Shown here piece by piece: positions 22,940 to 32,884 of a stretch of 64,000 nucleotides of DNA. The notes under the pieces are model-generated. The model did not search any database, had not been told where the DNA came from, and saw only the letters and a program-made list of their open reading frames with translations. The stretch is from Deltaproteobacteria bacterium RIFCSPLOWO2_02_FULL_50_16 (GTDB taxonomy: Bacteria; UBA10199; 2-02-FULL-50-16), in assembly GCA_001798715.1 (NCBI GenBank), contig MGSF01000045.1:18576-82575 (forward strand), given 5' to 3'. The position numbers and the translations under genes are program-made. Positions within the stretch are counted from its first letter, which is position 1; each line of letters opens with the position of its first letter.

Positions 22940-24715
22940 TTGAGCAGCGGAAAGCAGGATAAAAAGAGAATGGTCTGTCGCCCAGGAAAAGAAAAAGATC
23001 CCTTAGAAAAGATTCGACACAGTGCCGCCCATGTGATGGCCGATGCCGTTCAATCTTTATTTCCAGGAACAAAAGTGACCATTGGTCCTGTGATTGATGA
23101 TGGTTTTTATTATGACTTTGACAGGGAAGAATCCTTTGCTCCGGATGATTTAGAAAAAATCGAAAAGAAAATGAGGGAGATTATCCAGCAAAACCTTCCT
23201 TTTGAAGAAGAGGAGGTTTCTAAAAAGGAGGCCTACGCCTTATTTAAAAAGAAGGGTGAGAATTATAAAGTAGAGATTTTGGAAGGCCTTTCAGACAATG
23301 AGAAGATCACTCTTTATCGTCATGGTCCTTGGGTGGATCTTTGCAAAGGGCCTCATACAAAATCAACAGGGGATATCAAGGTCTTCAAATTACTTTCGAT
23401 TGCGGGGGCTTATTGGCGAGGTGATGAAAAACGAGATCGGCTCCAACGCATTTATGGAACCGCCTTTTTGACCCATAAAGATCTGGAAGAATTTCTTAAG
23501 CTTCGAAAAGAGGCAGAAGACAGGGATCATCGCCACCTAGGAAAGCAACTCAAGCTTTTTAGTACCTTGGAAGAAGATGGGGCGGGCCTTGTCTTATGGC
23601 ATCCCCGAGGGGCCCATATTCGTCATATTATCGAAAATTATTGGAGAGAGGCCCATCTCAAGGGAGGTTATGATTTCGTTTATACGCCGCACTTGGCCAG
23701 ACGGGACATGTGGCAAGTGAGTGGGCATCTTGATTTCTACCAAGACAGCATGTTTTCTCCCATGAAGATTGATGAAGTGGATTATCAGTTGAAGCCGATG
23801 AATTGTCCCTTTCATATCAAGATATATAAAACTGATTTAAGGAGTTACCGAGATTTGCCTTTGCGTTGGGCGGAGTTGGGGACTGTTTATCGGTATGAGC
23901 GGTCAGGTGTTTTGCATGGTCTTTTTCGGGTCCGTGGTTTTACCCAGGATGACGCCCATATTTTTTGTACGCCGGGGCAATTGGAAGGAGAGATTCAAGA
24001 AATTCTTAAATTTACCATATCCATGCTCAGTACATTCGGATTTAAGGAATATGGCATTTTTCTCTCGACACGACCTGAAAAATCAGTGGGTTCTGATGAA
24101 CATTGGGAATTGGCGACAAACGCCCTAAAACAGGCCTTGGAACAGCAGGGATTGTCCTATGAAATCGATCCCGGTGAAGGTGTTTTTTATGGTCCCAAGA
24201 TTGATATCAAGATTCGTGATGTTTTGGGTCGTTTGTGGCAGTGCTCCACGATTCAGGTTGATTTCAATTTACCAGAGCGTTTTGACGTTGATTATGTCGC
24301 CGAAGACGGGCAACGCCACCGTGCGATCATGATTCACAGGGCCCTGTTGGGTTCTTTGGAACGTTTTTTTGGGGTATTGATTGAGCATTATGCCGGGATC
24401 TTTCCGGTTTGGTTGTCCCCCGTGCAGCTCCGTTTGATAACGATCACCGATGCTCAGATTGATTATGCCAACAAATTGCTCAAGGCCTTTCAATCGTCGG
24501 GGATACGTGTTGAATTGGATCAACGCCCTGAAAAGTTGGGCTTCAAGATACGCGAATCAGAGCTAGAAAAAATTCCATTTATGGCGATTTTAGGAAAAAA
24601 TGAAGTCGAAAATAAGGTTTTAAGTTTGCGCAGCAAAAAAAATGGTGACCTGGGCAAAATGACCTTTGAAAAAACTTTGGAAATTATTCATGCCGCAATT
24701 CAAAGCAAGCAATAG
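22940..24715 (+). CDS. thrS: Threonyl-tRNA synthetase lacking the N-terminal TGS (N1) domain
   Basis: 591 aa. The protein begins at the N2/editing-domain motif IRHSAAHVMADAVQSLFPGTKVTIGPVIDDGFYYDF. Class II catalytic core and C-terminal anticodon-binding domain are present. Confidence 0.9.
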   Translation: MSSGKQDKKRMVCRPGKEKDPLEKIRHSAAHVMADAVQSLFPGTKVTIGPVIDDGFYYDFDREESFAPDDLEKIEKKMREIIQQNLPFEEEEVSKKEAYALFKKKGENYKVEILEGLSDNEKITLYRHGPWVDLCKGPHTKSTGDIKVFKLLSIAGAYWRGDEKRDRLQRIYGTAFLTHKDLEEFLKLRKEAEDRDHRHLGKQLKLFSTLEEDGAGLVLWHPRGAHIRHIIENYWREAHLKGGYDFVYTPHLARRDMWQVSGHLDFYQDSMFSPMKIDEVDYQLKPMNCPFHIKIYKTDLRSYRDLPLRWAELGTVYRYERSGVLHGLFRVRGFTQDDAHIFCTPGQLEGEIQEILKFTISMLSTFGFKEYGIFLSTRPEKSVGSDEHWELATNALKQALEQQGLSYEIDPGEGVFYGPKIDIKIRDVLGRLWQCSTIQVDFNLPERFDVDYVAEDGQRHRAIMIHRALLGSLERFFGVLIEHYAGIFPVWLSPVQLRLITITDAQIDYANKLLKAFQSSGIRVELDQRPEKLGFKIRESELEKIPFMAILGKNEVENKVLSLRSKKNGDLGKMTFEKTLEIIHAAIQSKQ

Positions 24716-24757
24716 TAAGGAGGTGGTTCTATAAAAACCCCATATTTTCACAAGAGA

Positions 24758-25270
24758 GTGGATAAAGGTCCTCGAATCAATGCCAACATTAGCGCCAAAG
24801 AGGTGCGACTTATTAATGAGAAAGGTGAACAATTGGGTGTCTATCCTACATCGAATGCCTTAAAGCTTGCCCAGGAGGCTGGCCTGGATTTGGTGGAAGT
24901 GTCACCCGGTGCCAAACCTCCAGTGTGCAAGATTATCGACTATGGAAAGTACAAATACTGGAAGAAGAAAAAAGAGCATGTCGCCAAGAAGCATCAAACG
25001 GTGATTCATCTCAAAGAGGTGAAATTTCGGCCGCGGATTGACATTCATGACTTTCAGGTAAAAATGAAAAAAATTCGAGAGTTTTTAGATGAAGGAAATA
25101 AAGTAAAAGCTAGTGTGGTATTTCGAGGCCGCGAGATGGCTTATCAGGAACAGGGAAGCAAAATTTTAGAAAAAATATCTCAGGAAGTATCGGATGTTGG
25201 AAAGGTGGACATTTTGCCGAAACGCGAAGGACGCATACTGACGATGGTACTTTCAGCATTGAAATCTTAG
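24758..25270 (+). CDS. infC: Translation initiation factor IF-3
   Basis: 170 aa, INANISAKEVRLINEKGEQLGV signature. Confidence 0.9.
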   Translation: MDKGPRINANISAKEVRLINEKGEQLGVYPTSNALKLAQEAGLDLVEVSPGAKPPVCKIIDYGKYKYWKKKKEHVAKKHQTVIHLKEVKFRPRIDIHDFQVKMKKIREFLDEGNKVKASVVFRGREMAYQEQGSKILEKISQEVSDVGKVDILPKREGRILTMVLSALKS

Positions 25271-25279
25271 GAGGAGTAA

Positions 25280-25477
25280 ATGCCAAAATTAAAGACAAAT
25301 AGTGGAGCCAAAAAACGTCTCAAAAAGACCAGTTCGGGAAAGATTAGGCATAAAAAGGCAAATTTGAGACACATGTTAACATCAAAGGGAACCAAAAGAA
25401 AACGCCATCTGAGGGCCGGTGCCTTTGTTTCGCCAGCAGATCAGAAAAGTGTCAGTCGATTGATTCCCTATGCGTAG
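25280..25477 (+). CDS. rpmI: 50S ribosomal protein L35
   Basis: 65 aa, lysine/arginine-rich, [13 protein letters not shown]. Confidence 0.9.
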   Translation: MPKLKTNSGAKKRLKKTSSGKIRHKKANLRHMLTSKGTKRKRHLRAGAFVSPADQKSVSRLIPYA

Positions 25478-25497
25478 ATGTACGTAGCGTTATATGT

Positions 25498-25650
25498 CAC
25501 AGAACGTCAGAAATGATGTTAGCCAAGGCGCCCCATAAAGAGGGGCTACTTCGTTGCCCGACGAGCGAGGCCCCGAGGCGTACTGGGTGGTACGTCGAGG
25601 GTCTCGTGAGGAGGGTAACGCAGGATAACGGCATTTATGACGTTCTGTTA
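25498..25650. repeat. GC-rich structured element bounded by ~17-bp terminal inverted repeats, inserted between rpmI and rplT
   Basis: CACAGAACGTCAGAAATG at 25498-25515 pairs with CATTTATGACGTTCTGT at 25632-25648. The interior is GC-rich with local hairpins (GCCCCataaagaGGGGC). The rpmI-rplT spacer is unusually long (187 nt) because of this element. Confidence 0.4.
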
Positions 25651-25664
25651 AAAAGGAGAAAATT

Positions 25665-26021
25665 ATGCCACGGGCAAAAAGAGGCGTAAAGGCCAGACGA
25701 CGCCGCAATAAAATATTAAAAATGGCCAAAGGATATCGCGGAGGGAAAAGTCGTCTTATCAGAACGGCGACGGAGATGGTTCATAAAGCCCTTCAATATT
25801 CATATCGGGATCGCAAGGTGAGAAAGAGGAAATTTCGCTCCTTGTGGAATATTCGCATCGGTGTGGCCGCAAAAAATTGCGGCAGTTCGTATTCTAAACT
25901 CATCGGGGCATTGAAAAAGGCCAATATTGGACTCGACAGAAAGATTTTGGCCGAATTGGCTGTCCATGATCCAGAAGGGTTTAAGAAAGTTGTCGAAGTT
26001 TCCAAGGGGGCCAGTGAGTGA
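25665..26021 (+). CDS. rplT: 50S ribosomal protein L20
   Basis: 118 aa, [22 protein letters not shown]. Confidence 0.95.
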   Translation: MPRAKRGVKARRRRNKILKMAKGYRGGKSRLIRTATEMVHKALQYSYRDRKVRKRKFRSLWNIRIGVAAKNCGSSYSKLIGALKKANIGLDRKILAELAVHDPEGFKKVVEVSKGASE

Positions 26022-27049
26022 TGAAAGAAGACCTCTTATCAGAGATCGACTCGTTGGCGAATCGATTTCGTCAGAAGGTAAGTGCCGTGAGTTCGGAGCA
26101 CGAGGTTCTGAAGGTTAAATCGACCTACATCGGACGGGAAGGTCATTTAACCCTTTTGATGAAAAAGATGGGAAGTTTGCCTTCAGAAGAGCGGCCGGTC
26201 ATTGGAAAGAACGCCAATCTTCTAAAGAATGAAATTGAGAAAATTTGCCAAGAGCAATTGGAAAAAATCAGAAATTTGTCCTCTCTTTCCCGTCTCCAGC
26301 AGGAACGGGTGGATATCACCCTGTCGGGAAGGACAACGGCTTGCGGTTCCATTCATCCTATTACTCAAATGATGAGAAATGTTTTGAATATTTTTTCAGA
26401 AATGGGTTTTGAGGTTTATGAAGGGCCGGAAATAGAAACTGATTTTTATAATTTTGAGGCCCTCAATTTTTTAAAAGATCATCCAGCCCGGGACATGCAG
26501 GATACCTTTTATATTGATCAGCATTATGTCTTGAGGACACATACATCTCCCATTCAAATCCATGTCATGAAATCCAGAACCCCTCCATTTAAGGTCGTCG
26601 GGCCGGGAGCGGCCTATCGCCGCGATTCGGATGTCTCTCATACCCCGATGTTTCATCAGGTCGAGGGATTTATGGTGGGACGGCAGGTTAGATTTTCGGA
26701 TTTGAAGGGTATTTTGACAGAATTTTCTCGAAGGCTGTTTGGCGACAAAATCAAAACTCGTTTCAGGCCGAGTTTTTTCCCTTTTACGGAACCGTCCGCT
26801 GAAATTGATATTAGTTGTGTTATTTGTAGGGGTCGTGGATGTCGTGTTTGCAAACAGAGCGGATGGCTGGAAGTCTTGGGTTGTGGCATGATTCATCCAG
26901 CGGTTTTGGAAAGAGTTGATTATGATCCAAAAGATGTTTCCGGATTTGCTTTTGGTATGGGAATCGAAAGGATTGCCATGTTGAAGTATGGAATCAGCGA
27001 TATTCGTCTGTTTTTTGAGAATGACGTAAGGTTTTTAAGCCAATTTTGA
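26018..27049 (+). CDS. pheS: Phenylalanyl-tRNA synthetase alpha subunit
   Basis: 343 aa with class II aaRS motifs. Confidence 0.95.
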   Translation: MMKEDLLSEIDSLANRFRQKVSAVSSEHEVLKVKSTYIGREGHLTLLMKKMGSLPSEERPVIGKNANLLKNEIEKICQEQLEKIRNLSSLSRLQQERVDITLSGRTTACGSIHPITQMMRNVLNIFSEMGFEVYEGPEIETDFYNFEALNFLKDHPARDMQDTFYIDQHYVLRTHTSPIQIHVMKSRTPPFKVVGPGAAYRRDSDVSHTPMFHQVEGFMVGRQVRFSDLKGILTEFSRRLFGDKIKTRFRPSFFPFTEPSAEIDISCVICRGRGCRVCKQSGWLEVLGCGMIHPAVLERVDYDPKDVSGFAFGMGIERIAMLKYGISDIRLFFENDVRFLSQF

Positions 27050-27061
27050 GGAGAAGATATC

Positions 27062-29137
27062 TTGAAAGTCCCTTATTCCTGGTTAAAAGATCATGTTGAT
27101 TTAAGGATTTCAGCACAGAAATTGATCCATCGGCTGACAATGGCCGGGTTAGAAGTTGAGGATGTGATGGATTGTGATGGAGATCCTGTCATGGAAATTA
27201 ACGTGACTCCCAATCGCGGTGATTGTCTTTCAATATTGGGGATTGCCCGTGAAGTTTCAGCCCTTACAGGTCAGGCCCTCAGACAACCGGCTCCGAAATC
27301 CAGAAAGAAACCTGCGGCCTATGAGAAGACAAACGAATATCCATTTGATGTTGCAATAAAAAATATCACATTGGTGCCTCGATATATGGCCCAGATCATT
27401 GCTGATGTGAAAATTGAGGTAAGTCCTTCATGGATGGTCCGTCGTTTGGAATTGATGGGTTTGCGATCCATTAACAATGTTGTGGATGCCACCAATTATG
27501 TTTTACTCGAATATGGTCAGCCTCTTCACGCCTTTGATTACCATCTTTTAAAGGGAAATTTTCTTCAGGCTCGTCCTGCAAAACGGGATGAAGTCATACG
27601 AACGCTCGATGGTGTTGACCGGAGTTTGATGTCACATGACATTGTCATTGCCGATCACGACAAGGCGGTAGCGTTGGGTGGAATTATGGGGGGTGAAAAC
27701 ACGGAAATCACCTCAAACACTCGATGTATTGTCATAGAGAGTGCTTTTTTTGATCCTGTAGCTATCAGAAAAACAAGCCGAAGACTGGGATTGAGCACGG
27801 ATTCTTCTTATCGCTTTGAACGATGTGTGGATATTAATGGTGTCGCAACGGCCCTCAAGCGAGTCAGTCTTCTTATTTGTGAGTTGACAGGAGGCCGTCT
27901 TATTCGTCAGCCGATGGATATTTATCCAAAAAAGAAAAAACCTCTTGCGATTTCTCTTTCACCTTCGCAGATCAATTCGTTTTTGGGCACATCTTTGAGT
28001 GATGCCAGTATTAAAAAATCTCTCAGAAGCTTGAGATTCTCAATATCGGAAACCTCTAAGCACCAATGGAATGTCACCGTTCCCTCCTATAGGGCTGATG
28101 TGACTCGTGACGTCGATTTAATTGAAGAGGTGGCACGATTTCATGATTATGAGACCATTCCAGCGACTCAGCCTATCGAATTGACCGAAAAAATGGAGAG
28201 AAGTGAGCGGGTTGAAATTGCTCTTAGAGACCAGGTCAGAGACATGCTGTCTGCCAGTGGTTTTTTTGAGGCGATTCACTTCAGTTTTTGTTCAAAAAAG
28301 GATTTGCAGGCATTGTCTCCCGATTTTTTTGAGAAATCGGTGTCCCTCCAGAATCCCCTCGCTGAAGAATATGAATGTCTGCGTTCTTCCTTGTTGCCTT
28401 CCTTGATCCGGAATGCCCTTTACCATCAAAATCGTCAGTTGGAAACAGTTCGGATATTTGAATTAAGACCTGTTTTTGAAAAAAGGACAAAGGGATACGG
28501 CGAAAACATGAAATTGGGTGGAGTGATGTACGGGCTTCGTCCCAACTTTCATTGGGAATCTGGCCGTCAGACGGTTGACTTCTATGATGTCAAAGGAGTG
28601 GTTGAAAAAATAGGTGTCTTTTTAGGGATTCAAAATATCCAATGGAGAGGGAGTCAGACAAATGATTATCCCTTCCTTCATCCCGGCCAGTCTTGCCTTG
28701 TCGGCATCCATAATCAAATCATCGGTTATCTCGGGGCGCTCCATCCATCGTGCGTCAGCGCCTTCGATTTGAAGCAAGAAATCTTTGTCTTTGAACTTTC
28801 TTGGGACCTCCTTTTGCAGGGGTGTCGATCGGACAAACAGTATCGTGAGGTATCAAAATTCCCTTTTATTCATAGGGACTTAGCTCTTTTGGTCGATGAC
28901 TCCATATCGGCGGCCCAAATCGAGGGGGTGATTAAAAAAGGGGGGGCCGATTTGATACAGGAGGTTTATCCGTTTGATCTTTATCGAGGTCCCTCCATCC
29001 CTTCAGGCAAAAAAAGTCTGGGGTATTCTTTAAAGTTTGGAAGCAGGGAGCGTACGTTGATGGAGGAGGAAGTCAATCATGTTTATGAAGCCATCGTAAG
29101 AGATTTAAATAATACATTACAGATCACAATCAGGTGA
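27062..29137 (+). CDS. pheT: Phenylalanyl-tRNA synthetase beta subunit (short form without the N-terminal OB-fold tRNA-binding domain)
   Basis: 691 aa, TTG start after SD GAGGAG. MKVPYSWLKDHV B1 region runs directly into the ..INVTPNRGDCLSILGIAREV (B3) region, so the ~100-aa Myf/EMAP-like domain appears absent. Confidence 0.9.
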   Translation: MKVPYSWLKDHVDLRISAQKLIHRLTMAGLEVEDVMDCDGDPVMEINVTPNRGDCLSILGIAREVSALTGQALRQPAPKSRKKPAAYEKTNEYPFDVAIKNITLVPRYMAQIIADVKIEVSPSWMVRRLELMGLRSINNVVDATNYVLLEYGQPLHAFDYHLLKGNFLQARPAKRDEVIRTLDGVDRSLMSHDIVIADHDKAVALGGIMGGENTEITSNTRCIVIESAFFDPVAIRKTSRRLGLSTDSSYRFERCVDINGVATALKRVSLLICELTGGRLIRQPMDIYPKKKKPLAISLSPSQINSFLGTSLSDASIKKSLRSLRFSISETSKHQWNVTVPSYRADVTRDVDLIEEVARFHDYETIPATQPIELTEKMERSERVEIALRDQVRDMLSASGFFEAIHFSFCSKKDLQALSPDFFEKSVSLQNPLAEEYECLRSSLLPSLIRNALYHQNRQLETVRIFELRPVFEKRTKGYGENMKLGGVMYGLRPNFHWESGRQTVDFYDVKGVVEKIGVFLGIQNIQWRGSQTNDYPFLHPGQSCLVGIHNQIIGYLGALHPSCVSAFDLKQEIFVFELSWDLLLQGCRSDKQYREVSKFPFIHRDLALLVDDSISAAQIEGVIKKGGADLIQEVYPFDLYRGPSIPSGKKSLGYSLKFGSRERTLMEEEVNHVYEAIVRDLNNTLQITIR

Positions 29138-29176
29138 TAAAAATGATTAACCCATTTAATTTACAGGAGGTAATCA

Positions 29177-29470
29177 ATGACAAAAGCAGAAATTATAGAG
29201 ACGATCTATAATAAAATAGGATTCTCTAAAAAAGAATCGGCAGATATTGTCGAACTGGTCTTTGACACCATCAAGGAGACCTTGGAGAAGGGTGAGAAGA
29301 TCAAAATTTCCGGGTTTGGCAACTTTGTCGTTCGAACAAAAAAGCCTAGAATTGGTCGTAACCCGCAAACTGGAGAGGAAATTGAGATCTCAGCTCGTAA
29401 GGTGCTTACATTTCGTCCTAGCCAGGTTTTAAAGTCTGCCTTGAATAAGGGCCGGGGCGAGGGCGTCTAA
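29177..29470 (+). CDS. ihfA: Integration host factor alpha subunit
   Basis: HU/IHF family (GFGNFVVRTKKPRIGRNPQTGEEIEI) in the conserved pheST-ihfA position. Confidence 0.8.
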   Translation: MTKAEIIETIYNKIGFSKKESADIVELVFDTIKETLEKGEKIKISGFGNFVVRTKKPRIGRNPQTGEEIEISARKVLTFRPSQVLKSALNKGRGEGV

Positions 29471-29509
29471 TCATAAGCGGCTCAGTAAAAACAGAAATGA
29501 GGTGAGATT

Positions 29510-29878
29510 ATGACCTCACAGGAAATACCTGATAAGTTATATTTTAAAATTGGTGAGGTGAGTAAAATCCTTGGTGTCAAGCCGTATGTGCTCCGCTATT
29601 GGGAAACAGAATTTAAAGAAATAGCCCCTTTTAAGTCGCGCTCTAACCAGAGATTGTACAAGAAGCGTGACGTCGAATTGCTCGTCAATGTAAAAAACCT
29701 ATTGTATGCCGAAGGTTTTACCATTGAAGGGGCGAGGAAGAAGGTGAAGGAATTTTTGAAGACTGATAAGGATGTCCAAAAAAAGAGTCAGTTGGAAATC
29801 GGCTTTTCTCAGGATTCAAAAAAACTTCTTAAAAGGATGAGACAGGACATGGTGGAGTTGTTGGACATCTTTAAGTGA
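29510..29878 (+). CDS. MerR-family transcriptional regulator
   Basis: N-terminal helix-turn-helix YFKIGEVSKILGVKPYVLRYWETEF. Confidence 0.75.
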   Translation: MTSQEIPDKLYFKIGEVSKILGVKPYVLRYWETEFKEIAPFKSRSNQRLYKKRDVELLVNVKNLLYAEGFTIEGARKKVKEFLKTDKDVQKKSQLEIGFSQDSKKLLKRMRQDMVELLDIFK

Positions 29879-29889
29879 GATTTTACTCA

Positions 29890-30168
<279 letters not shown>

Positions 30169-30219
30169 CCCGATTACACCATGAGGCATTTTAAAAAGAA
30201 CTTTCGTACAGATGTGTCG

Positions 30220-30966
30220 ATGTTAATTCTACTTACCAACGATGATGGTTTTCAGTCCAAGGGATTACACATACTGGCCGAAACCCTGTCTCAAATGGCC
30301 GAGGTGGTGGTTGTGGCCCCGGATCGGGAGCAAAGTGCCTCGAGCCATTCCATTTCTCTGACACGTCCTTTGCGCTTGAATCAGATCCGGAAAAACCTTT
30401 TTACAGTTGATGGCACCCCCACAGATTGTATCGTTATAGGTCTTGAAAAAGCGGTTTCGGCCCGTCCCGATATTATTGTTTCGGGGATTAATAGTGGCCC
30501 AAATTTGGGGGAGGATATTCATTATTCCGGGACGGTTTCTGCGGCCTTTGAGGGGGCCATATTGGGAATAAAATCGTTGGCTGTTTCTCTGGCACATCAT
30601 GCAGAGGAAACCCTTCATTTTGATACGGCGGCCCAGTTTGCCCTGCGATTTTGCAAAAAAATAATCCAGGAAACAATACCTCCAGGATTGTTATTTAACA
30701 TTAATGTTCCCAATCTTCCTTCCGATCGATCTCTGGATTATGCCGTCACTAAACAAGGAAAAAGGAATTATGGTGGTATTATCATTGAAAATAAAGATCC
30801 CCGCGGGAAAAAGTACTATTGGATAGGGGGCAACCAAAAAGATTACTATGATATTCGGGATTCTGATTGTAATATCATTGCCTCACAGAAAATAGCTATT
30901 ACGCCGTTGCAGGTTGACATGACGGATCATTCATTTATTGGTGAATTAAAAAAGTGGAAGATTTAA
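30220..30966 (+). CDS. surE: 5'/3'-nucleotidase SurE
   Basis: MLILLTNDDGFQSKGL. The ORF track starts at 30127, inside the tRNA, so the Met at 30220 is preferred (an alternative ATG is at 30181). Confidence 0.85.
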   Translation: MLILLTNDDGFQSKGLHILAETLSQMAEVVVVAPDREQSASSHSISLTRPLRLNQIRKNLFTVDGTPTDCIVIGLEKAVSARPDIIVSGINSGPNLGEDIHYSGTVSAAFEGAILGIKSLAVSLAHHAEETLHFDTAAQFALRFCKKIIQETIPPGLLFNINVPNLPSDRSLDYAVTKQGKRNYGGIIIENKDPRGKKYYWIGGNQKDYYDIRDSDCNIIASQKIAITPLQVDMTDHSFIGELKKWKI

Positions 30967-31614
30967 ATGGATTATGCTGTTGCCCGTCGAAAAATGGTTC
31001 ACGAACAGATCAAAAACCGAGGGATACGGGATGAATGTGTCATTAAAGCCATGGAGACGGTCCCCAGACACCTTTTTGTCCCTCCAGCTCTTGTTTCCCA
31101 AGCCTATCAAGATCACCCCTTAAACATAGGAAATCGTCAGACTATCTCGCAGCCTTTTATCGTCGCTTATATGACAGAGCTTCTTCAGATCAAAGAGGGG
31201 GATCGGGTGCTTGAGATAGGGACGGGTTCGGGTTACCAGACAGCCATTCTTTATGAGATGAAGGCGCGAATTTTTTCCATGGAGAGGATAAAAGAATTTT
31301 CACAAATAGCTCGTAAGAGGTTGTACAGCTTAGGTTATGATAATTTTAATTTGCGTGTGGGTGACGGGACGCAAGGGTGGGCCGAAGAGGCCCCTTTTGA
31401 TGCCATCATTGTGACGGCAGCGGCCCCCAGTATTCCTCAACCATTAATTGACCAATTGAAAGAGGGGGGGCGTTTGGTGGTCCCTGTCGGAAGTGGTGAA
31501 ATTCAGGAATTATGTCTTGGGACGATTGAGAAGGGACAATTTATTAAGAAGGTTTTAACACAGTGTCGTTTTGTCAAACTTTTAGGTGAATATGGCTGGG
31601 AATCCACCCGTTAA
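30967..31614 (+). CDS. pcm: Protein-L-isoaspartate O-methyltransferase
   Basis: SAM-binding motif VLEIGTGSGYQTA, surE-pcm synteny. Confidence 0.9.
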   Translation: MDYAVARRKMVHEQIKNRGIRDECVIKAMETVPRHLFVPPALVSQAYQDHPLNIGNRQTISQPFIVAYMTELLQIKEGDRVLEIGTGSGYQTAILYEMKARIFSMERIKEFSQIARKRLYSLGYDNFNLRVGDGTQGWAEEAPFDAIIVTAAAPSIPQPLIDQLKEGGRLVVPVGSGEIQELCLGTIEKGQFIKKVLTQCRFVKLLGEYGWESTR

Positions 31615-32341
31615 GCGACAATTTTGTAAAGATATCTATGAAGTGTCTCGATGGTTTTTGTTGCTCTGTCTCTTTGTCAGCTTCATGATGTCTTGTGCAC
31701 GGATATACACGGCTCATGGTGTTTATCATCGTGTACGTCCTGGAGAATCCTTAAATTCCATCGCCAGTTCTTATGGGAGCAGTCTTCAGGATGTTGCAGA
31801 GATCAATAACATTGAGGACCCTTCTAAGATCAAAGTGGGACAGCGCATTTATATTCCACAATCAAAACAGAAAAAACATAAGAGGTCAAAAAAACACAAG
31901 GGTCCAAAGCCATCATCAGAATCCGAGGACATAGCTTCTTCTAAGGAGGGTGAGATTGAATTTGATCGCCAACGCTTTCAATGGCCTCTCAAAGGTCCTG
32001 TTTCGTCAAATTTTGGCATGCGTCAGAGTAGTCGTCATGATGGTATTGATATTCGAGCCAAGAAGGGAACCCCCATTCATGCGGCTGATTCAGGACATGT
32101 TGTCTTTTCGGGAAGACTCAGTGGTTATGGGAATATGATTCTTATTAAACACGAGGGTGATTTTTTTACGGCCTATGCCCACAATTCAAAAAATTTGACG
32201 CGTAAAGGAAAACATGTCAAACGGGGGGAAGTGATTGCCCAGGTAGGTAGTACAGGAAGGGCGACGGGCCCCCATCTGCATTTTGAGGTAAGAAAGGGCA
32301 GTAAGGCTCGTAATCCATTGTTTTTCCTGCCTAAACGATAA
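31592..32341 (+). CDS. nlpD: LysM domain / M23 peptidase lipoprotein (NlpD-like)
   Basis: LysM (HRVRPGESLNSIASSYGSSLQDVAEINNI) plus M23 (HDGIDI...GSTGRATGPHLHFEV). Signal with a Cys candidate lipobox. surE-pcm-nlpD synteny. Confidence 0.8.
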   Translation: MAGNPPVKRQFCKDIYEVSRWFLLLCLFVSFMMSCARIYTAHGVYHRVRPGESLNSIASSYGSSLQDVAEINNIEDPSKIKVGQRIYIPQSKQKKHKRSKKHKGPKPSSESEDIASSKEGEIEFDRQRFQWPLKGPVSSNFGMRQSSRHDGIDIRAKKGTPIHAADSGHVVFSGRLSGYGNMILIKHEGDFFTAYAHNSKNLTRKGKHVKRGEVIAQVGSTGRATGPHLHFEVRKGSKARNPLFFLPKR

Positions 32342-32366
32342 CAAAAATGGATCATTAGAGGTTCCT

Positions 32367-32882
32367 ATGAAAGAATTAAGAGATCGTATTAGAGACATCC
32401 CGGATTTTCCCAAAAAGGGAATTATTTTTAAGGACATTACTCCCTTGCTGGCCGATGTTTCTTCTTTTCAAAAGGTGGTGGATATTTTTGCCAAGCGATA
32501 TGCCAATCAATCCATTGATTATGTTGTGGGGATAGAGTCTCGTGGATTTATTTTTGGTGCCGCAACGGCTTATCGCTTGGATGCCGGTTTTATCCCTGTT
32601 CGCAAACCGGGAAAATTGCCTTATGAGACTCATCGGGTCGATTATGAGCTCGAGTATGGCACTGATAGTATTGAGATTCATGTCGATGCCCTTCATGAGG
32701 GGAATCGGGTTGTGATTATTGATGATCTCCTGGCGACCGGTGGGACGGCCGGGGCCGCTTGTCAATTGGTGCAAAAGGCCAAGGCCACGATTGTGGAGTG
32801 CGGTTTTGTCGTCGAACTTGAGTTTTTAAAGGGGCGGGAAAAATTGAAAGGGACCCCTTCATTTTCGCTGATTCAGTATTGA
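32367..32882 (+). CDS. apt: Adenine phosphoribosyltransferase
   Basis: PRPP-binding motif VVIIDDLLATGGTA, 171 aa. Confidence 0.9.
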   Translation: MKELRDRIRDIPDFPKKGIIFKDITPLLADVSSFQKVVDIFAKRYANQSIDYVVGIESRGFIFGAATAYRLDAGFIPVRKPGKLPYETHRVDYELEYGTDSIEIHVDALHEGNRVVIIDDLLATGGTAGAACQLVQKAKATIVECGFVVELEFLKGREKLKGTPSFSLIQY

Positions 32883-32884
32883 GT

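Noticed and set aside
22875-23072. 65-aa minus-strand ORF
   Set aside because: Antisense to tRNA-Val and the thrS start. Spurious.
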